Assembly: GCA_951406725.2 (NCBI GenBank)
Contig: OX597817.1
Coordinates: forward strand, 152,644,001-152,708,000
Source: Octopus vulgaris
Lineage: Eukaryota
Direction: 5' to 3'
Length of the DNA stretch: 64,000 bases
A program made the position numbers and the translations under genes. How positions within the stretch are numbered: the first letter of the stretch is position 1; each line of letters begins with the position of its first letter. Below the pieces are notes generated by a model. That model made no database searches, was not told where the DNA came from, and saw only the letters and a list, made by a program, of their open reading frames with translations. Below, piece by piece: positions 54,023 to 64,000 of this stretch.

Positions 54023-54728
54023 CAATACAAGTGTCCCACTGTAGACAGGGTGAGGGACAGTTCTGATGCCCATCTCTGTCTAGCAGTTGGTTACCAGGAT
54101 GGAATTGTGACGAGCAGTATTTCGTAGGCTGTGGCAAGCGGTGTTTAGTAAGATGTGTTCAAAGTGATGTTTCAGCCGGCTCCTTAAATTTAGAATAATA
54201 TGTTGGCAGGTCAGCTTATTAGATATATAGTAATCATACACTATAACTACAACTATTTAGGATAGTTATAACTGCCTCCTCTAAAAAAGTCTCAAAACTT
54301 CTGGAAGGCACTTCATATAACACACACACAGCGTGCGCGCAGTGTCTGAGGTTTTAGTTTTTCACATTAACAGATGTGTTCATCAGCAGATAGATATCAT
54401 TTATCTTATACAAGCTGTTGTTATTTTAAAAAAGTGGTTATTGCTTAATGGAAATGAAGCGAAAGAAATCTATCACGAATGGATTTGTCATCACTCTAAG
54501 TACAATATTTTAATGTACCGAGATACAATATTTTGTGATATGTGTGATACAGTATTTTAATGCATCACACAAAATGATTCTATAAAAACTGATTTCAATA
54601 TTTAAAATCGTTTCAGAGCCGTATAGAAAGTTATATAAATTAATGTTTCTCAAAATACACACACCGGCATAAACACGTACGTATAAATAAGCATATATAT
54701 ATAAATAAGCATATATATATATATATAT

Positions 54729-55119
54729 GGTAAGTAGCTTGCTAACCAGTCACATGGTTCCGGGTTCAGTCCCACTGCGTGGCATCTTGGGCAAGTGTCT
54801 TCTGCTATAGCCCCGGGCCGACCAATGCCTTGTGAGTGGATTTGGTAGACGGAAACTGAAAGAAGCCTGTCGTATATGTGTATATGTGTATGTGTGTGTG
54901 TTTGTGTGTGTGTGTTGGTCTCCCTAGCATTGCTTGACAACCGATGCTGGTGTGTTTACGTCCCCGTCACTTAGCGGTTCGGCAAAAGAGACCGATAGAA
55001 TAAGTACTGGGCTTACGAAAAGAATAAGTCCCGGGGTCGATTTGCTCGACTAAAAGCGGTGCTCCAGCATGGCCGCAGTCAAATGACTGAAACAAGTAAA
55101 AGAGTAAAAGAGTAAAGAG
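54729..55119 (+). mobile_element. SINE family A, young, 5' truncated
   Basis: Close to 29120-29540. Confidence 0.92.
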
Positions 55120-55164
<45 letters not shown>

Positions 55165-55430
55165 ATAAATAAGAGATAATGGTGTCATTGAGACCCAAAG
55201 GTGTCAGGTAATGCTGAATAAGAGCTATAGACAGAACATAGTTAAGTTCCAGATTCGGTAATATTGCGAATAAAGGGTTCAACGTTGGTTCTATGCTAGC
55301 GTGTGTATATATGAATTTTTTGCGTAATGAGGTAAAAAAACCAAGGGTGTATAGATATTAGAGCATTTATAGATAGCAGGTCTTACAGCTGTTTCTAAGA
55401 TATTAATTAATAATATCCCTTCATCGGAGA
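55165..55430 (-). mobile_element. Family 4 hammerhead-led pLTR-like element, second copy
   Basis: tct-CCGATGA-agg-gatatt-..-aatatc-tta-GAAA-cagctg-TA-aga at 55381-55430. Confidence 0.72.
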
Positions 55431-56015
55431 CTGTGAGGGAAAATTAAGTCATAGTTAGTTTCGATGAGATCGAACCTATTTGTATCACATCGAAACTAAG
55501 ACTTAATTTTTCCTCTCACACCATCGTCCATGTTTCTTTTCCTCACGTGACCATCTTTTTTTTTCTGCACGAACATTCTCCCTTCTATCCTTTCTCTTTT
55601 CAAAGAAAATATTTCTCCCAGCATTCAATATTTTCCTCTCGTTCTGGTCCAACGACCCTCCATGTTTGTTTTCGTTCGGTTTCCTTGTATGTCTCCACTG
55701 TCCTGTTTTTGTTCCCAACTTTGACTCTCCATAAATCCTAAATTTTATTTTAGAACTTATTGGAGCAACTGTCTTTGAAGACTTATATTGTCATTAAATG
55801 CTCGAAATGAGGAGCAGATAGACAGTCAACAACTGATGAAGGGCCATTCTCCTTTTTTACTTATCCTGTCTTCCATTTATTTCTCGCTTGCGTATTTAAC
55901 ATGTTTGTGTTCGTACATGTTGTTTACACAGTTGGTGACGTCCTGTACTCATATATGCATATATATACATATATATATACATATATATATACATATATAT
56001 ACATACATACATACA

Positions 56016-56051
<36 letters not shown>

Positions 56052-56055
56052 TATA

Positions 56056-56090
<35 letters not shown>

Positions 56091-56137
56091 TATTTATATT
56101 ATATATACACATATATATATTATTTATATTATATATA

Positions 56138-56974
56138 CCGTAAATTTTCAAGTATAATCCGCATTTTTTCCCAAAATTTAAAGGTCAAAATCCCTAGTGT
56201 GTACTATATATGGGGTTAAAAATGAAAAACATTTTCTAAGAAATGTCTGAGTCTCTATTTGCTGTTCAGTAATGTTTATTCAGACGCATTTTGTGATGTC
56301 GGACGCGAAAATACCTTAAGCTAAGCCTGAAAGGAATGAAGAATCATCTATAACTTACAGTAAACAACATTTATTAAAATAAAAGTATTCAGAACACAGA
56401 ATAACATGTAACAAAAACAATTTACAAACATATTTACATTCCCATATAACAGTTAAGAACATCACCATTATTATATTACGCATGCGCGGAAGTGTTTGTT
56501 CGACTAGGTGCTGCTGGCTTTACACTACAATGAGGGAGATTTACACTACAATGATGCTGACATGTTTACGGAGGAACAAATGGAACAGTTATTTGATGGT
56601 GAAAGTGACGTTGAATTTGAAGGATTTCAATAAATGTTTTTGCTTTTGCTTTTGTAACTGATAAAGATAAATATGTAAAGGCAATTTACTTAATATTTAT
56701 TTTTCATTGGCGTTATTACTGTTATTTCTTTATTTTCTGAAAACAAAATGCACAAAAAAGCTACACGTTTGCATTATGTTCTATATACAGTAATAATAAA
56801 AAAGGACGTTACCGTATACATTTTTACAAACCAAGGACGTTATATAGACCTCCTTGACTCAAGTTAGAGAAAGGGTGCGTATTATACACAAGGTTTAGGT
56901 TTTTCAGAGGTACAGCCCCCTAAAAATCCCCTGCGTATTATACTCAAGGGCGGACTATACTCGAGGATTTACGG
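56138..56974. mobile_element. Non-autonomous Tc1/mariner-superfamily (pogo/Tc2-type) DNA transposon
   Basis: TA|CCGTAAATTTTCAAGTATAATCCGC ... GCGGACTATACTCGAGGATTTACGG|TA; subterminal TGCGTATTATAC repeats. Confidence 0.88.
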
Positions 56975-56979
56975 TATGT

Positions 56980-57250
56980 GTGTGTGTCTTTTTCTGTCTA
57001 TCCCACCATCACTGCATGACAACAAGTGGTAGTGTGTTTATGTCCCCGTAACTTAACGATAAAATCCTTAAATCCTTAAAAATGTTTTAGCCCGAAGGCC
57101 ACGGCCATGCTGGGGTACCACCGCTGATAGAATAAGTACCAGGCTTAAAGAAGAAGAAAAAAATCTTGGGGTCGATTCATTCGATTGAAAATTCTTCAAG
57201 GTGGTGCCACAGCACCGTCGAAGTGTAATGAGTAAATCAAGTAAAGAAGA
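56980..57250 (+). mobile_element. Diverged SINE family A 3' half with an inverted tail fragment inserted (57062-57125)
   Basis: Family similarity on both strands. Confidence 0.7.
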
Positions 57251-57481
57251 TTAAAAAAATATTAAAAATATCTATCTATCTATCTGTCTGTCTGTCTGTC
57301 TGTATAATATGCACTAAGTAAACTTCACCCATGATTCCAAAACATGCTTCTCAGTAGACTTACCAAATCATCGATTCGGTATTCCATACGTTCTTTCCAA
57401 TGAATTCATTTAAAACAACTTTCTTTTCCTTTTGACGGTTCATAACATTATTGTAGTGTAATAAAATTCTTAATTCCACAC

Positions 57482-57482
57482 G

Positions 57483-57561
<79 letters not shown>

Positions 57562-57807
57562 GGTTATACTTCCATGTTTATTTACAACCTGCCTGATATT
57601 TCATCAAGAGATTAGCACAGCTGTATCCCAGATTATTTAGAGAATCTTTTGTGTATACAACATATTCATATATGCGTGTATTTGTGCGCGTACATGTGTG
57701 TGTGTTTCTGCACACACATATGAGTGTGTGTGTGTTGTGTGCATACACACACACACACACACACGTATATACACACACACACACACATATATACGTATAT
57801 GTATGTA

Positions 57808-57871
<64 letters not shown>

Positions 57872-58252
57872 TATGTATATGTGTGTGTATATATATGTAT
57901 ATACGCACACATATATATGTATATAGACACATATATATATACGTATGCATATGTATATATATATGTACATATGTATATGTGTGTGTATATATATGTATAT
58001 ACACACACATATATATGTATATAGACACATATATATACGTATGCATATGTATATGTATATGTATACACACAGAAACACACACACGCACGCATGCACAAAA
58101 GACACAAACACACACACATGCACAGACACATATATACAAGTGGTTTAATATTAAGAATATCACCCTACAACATTGTTACGAACTATGAAAAACAATTTTT
58201 TCTGGAGTAGATTCATTGGATGGAACGAATGAAATACTGAATCGATGAATCG

Positions 58253-58289
<37 letters not shown>

Positions 58290-58662
58290 TGTGTGTGTGC
58301 GTATGTGTGTGTGTATGTGTGTGTGAGTGTGTGTGTGTGTTTGTGTGCGTTTGCGAACGTGAGTGTGCGTGAGTGTGTGTGTGTGTGTGTGAGTGAGTGT
58401 GTGTGTGTGTTTGTGTGTGTGTATGTGTGTGTAAGTGTGTGTGTGTGTTTGTGTGTGTTTGCGCACGTGAGTGTGCGTGAGTGTGTGTGTGTGTGTGTGA
58501 GTGTGAGTGCGTGCTTGCGCGCGTGTCTGTGTACGCGAGTGTGTGTGTGTGCGTGTGTGTGTGTATGTGGGATATGTCCTGTGAGACGTATCTTTTAGAA
58601 TAAGGATTAAAGGTTGCTCAGTACAGCATGTCTGTCTGTTTGTCTGTCTGTATGTCAATCTG

Positions 58663-58745
<83 letters not shown>

Positions 58746-58785
58746 GTCTATCTATTTATCTATCTATCTATCTATCTACCTACCT
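57482..58785. repeat. (AC)n/(AT)n/(GT)n/(ATCT)n block
   Basis: Directly visible. Confidence 0.95.
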
Positions 58786-58994
58786 ACTGACGGATAGTTA
58801 CATAGGTTATATGAACAAACAAGCACATACGCAAATGAAGACTGAAACACATGACCATACGCACACACTGATCCACACACATGCGCACAAACAAACAAAA
58901 AGGAACGCAGTGTGAGTAACGGACAGTCAACGACTATTGAAAAGGTTGCAAGACGCAACGAAAATTTTAGAAAATGAAAAAGAAATAAGTGGAA

Positions 58995-58995
<1 letters not shown>
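58786..58995 (+). mobile_element. Solo family 5 element with U3-A8 hammerhead at 58934-58970
   Basis: cta-TTGAAAA-g-gttgc-aagac-gcaac-GAAA-at-TT-tag; homologous to 6580-7155. Confidence 0.72.
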
Positions 58996-59044
<49 letters not shown>

Positions 59045-59094
59045 GGAATATGTCGAATAAAATCATAACTGATCCACTTGTATTATTTTTTATC

Positions 59095-59570
59095 CAAAGC
59101 CATTTTGTTGCACAATACGTTTCCATCTTTCCTTTAACTTGAAAATACCCTCTTCCCAGAATTGAGGTGGTTTCATGGCAAAGAATTCATCAAGGTAGCT
59201 TTTTACGTCATCCAAGGAATTGAAATTTTTACCATTAAGACTATTCTGCAGAGACCTGAATAAGTGGAAATCCGAAGGAGCAATATCTGGTGAATATGGA
59301 GGGGGCGGGGTAACACATCCCAGCCGAGCTACAGCAATTTTTGTCTGGTTCCCAAAGCATCAAGTGCCGAAAATGAACTTTCTTATCTTCCATTTTAATG
59401 AGGTACAGAATTAACACAGGAACATAAACCTTCTTCCATGAAAAGATAGCTTAAATTGTGCTCTAAATGGAGGTGTAGTCAAATTCTATTTTATGGACTC
59501 AACCATGTTCTAAAATAAGTCGAAAGGTAAGCTACTATAAATCGGCACTAACTTTCCGGACAATCAATAT
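59095..59570 (-). mobile_element. Second copy of the internally deleted mariner
   Basis: Reverse complement of 16036-16450, including the YSPDIAPSDFHLFRSL motif. Confidence 0.9.
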
Positions 59571-59706
59571 ATAAACATACAGAAAGCGATGTAAATATAC
59601 ACAGTTAATTTTGATATAGATATGTAAATATACATACAAGAATATACTCACATAGAAATATATAGGGATATATATATATGTATGTATGTGTGTGCGTGCG
59701 CGTGCG

Positions 59707-59809
<103 letters not shown>

Positions 59810-62099
59810 CTATCTATCTATATAAAGATAGATAGGCAGACAGACAGACAGAAAGATAGATAGATAGATAGATAGACAGATAGATAGATAGATAGAAAAA
59901 TTAAGTATATTCAAGAAATAAACTCATATGTATAAGCATGTAAATGTTTATATATACTGAAAAATTTGCTTGTAAACATGGAGTATAAAAAGTATAGAAA
60001 ACTAAGGGGAGAGTGCATAGTTTTATAACTCGACAGCTGTTTCTGGGAACTCGGAATTATGTAATAGTTATGTTGTTCATGATTAGCGGATGGAATGAGG
60101 AAAACGTCATGGATTTACAAGTAGATGGTCGCATAGAGACATTGCCGTAATACCGATTTACTTCGTCAAGAGGAAAATTGGCAAGTTTCCTCCCGACGAA
60201 AGAGGGTAGGTCATAGAGATTGGACGTGTGGCATCTGGAATGTTGTAATGTGCTCACTCTCCTTTAGCACTCGGGCAATGTGTTTGGTGAAACTTCCTTT
60301 TTGGCTAGAGGACAAGCAGTGGGGAAAAGTGACAGTATTTTCAGGGAAACTCTAGAATTAACTGCCTGGTTTCCTCCGGAAAACATTTAGTACGGGAACT
60401 GTGGATAATTTCCAGAAATCACTGGCTCGGCAGTTCTATCGCAAGGATATTGCCAGTTCGAGACAATTTCTATACGCATAGACGTGCCGTCAGCTGGATC
60501 GTCTAAGATGCAACCAGAGCAACTAAACAGCTGAATGCCCGCTCATTGTTGACTTACATAGTTTTGTCGAGTAACTGTCTTAGCAAGTAGAACAGATCTA
60601 GCTTCAGCCGAATTTATTGTGAAGATCACCCCACCGCTCACTATTGGCTAAGAAGGGCTGGCACTTACCCTCTGTCTATTGGCTATGGAGAAACAGGTTG
60701 TGTAGTGGAAATTTCTTTATAATCGTAATTTGTACCATTTGAACGGTATTTCTATAAAATTTCATAAATATAATCCATTTTCCTGAAAGCTATGAGGGAA
60801 ATATCGGGTCTTGTGAATTTTCCGAAAGTCCTCCCCCAACTCCACCACATTCGTTTGCACAATTATTTTTTCATATTCGCTTTCTACACAGATTTTTTTT
60901 ACATCTGGTAGGTTGGTTTGTTTTGTTTTAGTTAACAGGTCGTAAACTTTATATTGACCATCTTTTTTAGGTAAATGTCTACTTTTCAGTACTTTCTATT
61001 GCTATTACGGCGGTTTTCGGTTATTCTACCTTAAGCTTTCTCTTAGGTTATATTATTTATTTAGGCTTTTCTCTGAGTAAGGGAGAATATAATGATTCAA
61101 CGTCACTTATACTCAAGTGTTATCATCATATCTAAAACCCTAACTACAGTTATAACGTCATAGAGACATATATGCATGGAACGCTACATCAACGACCATG
61201 TATGTTGAATATTTTAATCGTGTCCTTTAAACCGCTATAAGAAACATAAATCAAAGATTACAGAAATGCATATTTATCTATGCTCAGTTGAAAAACAAAC
61301 GTGAAGAGAAACATTTTCTTTTTAATTATTTTTATTATAGAAATATAACATTTCATATTATTTACAAGAAAAAAGATAACTTAGTCGTGAAGAAAAACGA
61401 CTATAATTTCCTTAGCTAATTTCTTCTTTCTATCTAACACGTTAACCAACAAATCAAAATAGATTTGTGGTTAACTTAGACATGGCATAAAATTTACCGA
61501 TGCCTCCAAAAGAGTGAGTTATGTGGCACCAACGAACACTAAAGTCTCTCCCCAAATCCAGGGTTTTTATAACTGCTCAACCTGACCAAAAATAATAGAA
61601 ATTCAGGACAAACATTCTTTTCGAAACTTCTAGAATCTTTATATGAGCAGTTATATTAACCAATGAAAAAACGAAAATGATAATTCTTCGGCAAAGACAT
61701 TACGTCATATTGACAATTCGCGCCACATTTCAAAATGGCTAAAATGGTTATTGCTACACTATCTTTATACTAAAAGCTAACTGACGATGATCCACCGAAC
61801 AGGTCGGGAACATGAAGAATGGATTTATTTATTTTATCCTTCTCAACATCAATTTGAGAAGGTTATAATAAATAATATTATGAATGATATTCGACAAATC
61901 TGACAGAATCTAAACAATTAGCCGAAATGACCATCCCAGAATATAACAATATCTGTTTCAACACACGATTTCACACCAGGAATCTTTCAAAACAAATACA
62001 TAGACGTATTAGCCGAGAACTTCAGAGTAATATTGGAATTTACTAACCATGGTTTATTACCAACCCTGTCTGGCACCGAATACCATCTTCTCTGTTGTC

Positions 62100-62615
62100 T
62101 TCGATTCTATTAACTTTGAATTTTGAACAAAGATTTGAGTAGTTTCAATTGATTTGTACTCAATTTAAATTTCTTTGGATATTCGATAATTTATGTGTTA
62201 AAGAGCTGCTTTTGGCTACTGAAGAATTTCAACAACAGTTTCGCAAAGCTGTTCGAAAGACCTTAGAAAATAAAGTTCTATTTCGTAAACGAATATATTC
62301 AGTAAACTTTACATTGGACCACAGGCAAAAGAAATTACTGCAGGAAATTTTGACTTTGGGATTGGTTGGAACATTTCCAAATACTGTGATTGCATTGAGA
62401 ATTTTTAATATTTTCCCAGCATCTATTGCTTCCGGGAAAACGAATTTCAATGTGTTGAAGCAGGGGAAAAAATAATCATTCCTCAACTATGGGACAAGAA
62501 TATCTGATTGAACTTACCATGTTGAATATTAATTGTGATACTCCACACGAACACGACCTCACAAAATTAATCAAAGATTTTGCACCGCGAGAAGTTTGTA
62601 AAGCACTTGTAAAAT
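62100..62615 (+). pseudogene. hAT transposase C-terminal dimerisation domain remnant
   Basis: FPNTVIALRIFNIFPASIASGKTNFNVLK / NHSSTMGQEYLIELTMLNINCD...LIKDFA matches FPN..ALRI..TxPxSxASxERSFSxLK...RSTMxQxRL. Confidence 0.85.
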
Positions 62616-62882
62616 GATACAGTTCCCTTTTTATTTCGAAGGAATAGAAAATCATACATATATTGAAAAAAAAAAAAAAGAGATAAAGAGAAAAAATATA
62701 AATTTTTAACAACTGAGCTATATTTCCTACATACTTATACTATTTTTGCAGAAATTATCAAAAACAATAATAATAAAACATTTAAATGGTGATTGTGAAA
62801 AGTTTTCGCTTTCCATATTTGCTTCACCTCTGATATTGAAAGTGGCCTCAACCTGAACTTGAGTTCATCAACAGGACGGTCC

Positions 62883-62885
<3 letters not shown>

Positions 62886-62944
<59 letters not shown>

Positions 62945-62950
62945 AACTGC

Positions 62951-63006
<56 letters not shown>

Positions 63007-63185
63007 ATATATCTATCCATCCATCCATCCATCCATCCATCTATCTATCTATCTGTCTGTCTATCTGTCTGTCTGTCTGTCTTTCTGTCTTTCCGTCCGT
63101 CCGTCCGTCCGTCCGTCCGTCCGTCTGTCTGTCTGTCTGTCTGTCTGCCTGTCTGTCTGTCTGTTTGCCTGCCTGCCTGCCTGCC

Positions 63186-63248
<63 letters not shown>

Positions 63249-63265
63249 TTGTGTGTCTGTCTGTT
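62886..63265. repeat. Graded (CT)/(ATCT)/(ATCC)/(GTCC)/(GTCT)/(GCCT) array
   Basis: Directly visible. Confidence 0.95.
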
Positions 63266-63587
63266 TATGCGTGTATGTTTGTATATATATATATGTATGT
63301 ATGTGCCTGCACGCGCGTTTCTCCGGATATACTTTTCGAATTTCTCTCCAATGAAAAAAGAGCCGGTTTTTAACATAGAAACAAGGCTTTTATCATTGGA
63401 ATTTAGATAAGATCAACACATGAATGTATGTATTATACATGAATGCGTATGCACATGACTGTGCACAGCAACACATGGGCACAGGCATGGATGTTATTGC
63501 GTATATGGGTCTGATTACATGTAGCTATGTATGTATTGGTGACCAATATTTACGAATAGGAGACACGGCATTAACACATGACGTCTG

Positions 63588-63995
63588 CAAGAAGACGAAG
63601 ACGAAGAAGAAGGAGGAAGAGGAGGAGAGGAAGAAGAAGAGGAGAAAAAGAGGAGGAGGAGAAGAAACAGAAACAGGAGAAGGAGAAGGAGAAGAAGAAG
63701 CAAAAACAGAAGAAAAAGAAAAAGGGAAGAAGAAGAAGAAAAGAAGATGGAGAAGACCAGAAGAAGAAGAAGAAGAAGAAGGAGGAGGAGGAGGAGAAGT
63801 AGAAACAGAAGAAAAAGAAAAATATGAAAAAGGAAGAGTAGGAGGAGGAAGTGAAGAAGAAAAAACAGAAGAAACAGGAGAAGAAAAAGAAGAAAAAGAA
63901 GATGATGAAGATGAAGAAGAAGAAGAAGAAGAAGAAGAAGAAGAAGAAGAAGAAGAAGAAGAAGGACAACAACAACAACAACAACAACAACAACA
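63588..63995. repeat. (GAA)/(GAG) polypurine tract followed by (CAA)n
   Basis: Directly visible. Confidence 0.95.
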
Positions 63996-64000
63996 GCATT

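Overview
This is AT-rich eukaryotic DNA saturated with microsatellites, with no convincing host protein-coding exon. The tRNA-headed SINE families and the (AT)n/(AC)n/(CATA)n load suggest a cephalopod (Octopus-like) intergenic or intronic region; that assignment is inference. Nearly all ORFs in the track are microsatellite translations. The real content is transposon-derived. (1) A frameshifted Penelope-like element (RT + C-terminal GIY-YIG, Naiad-like) at ~4.1-6.4 kb, bracketed by inverted copies of a hammerhead-bearing repeat. (2) About six distinct families of minimal type I hammerhead ribozyme motifs in short microsatellite-embedded elements, including a tandem-plus-inverted array at 26.6-27.4 kb. 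(3) Decayed L1/Tx1, RTE, Jockey/I-like and CRE-like LINE fragments. (4) Tc1, mariner, maT and hAT remnants and MITEs. (5) Non-autonomous Helitrons, one a perfect head-to-tail dimer. (6) About 35 SINE copies, a strand-switching GATC minisatellite, and a few unique islands that may be cis-regulatory. Coordinates were read by eye, and repeat boundaries are approximate.
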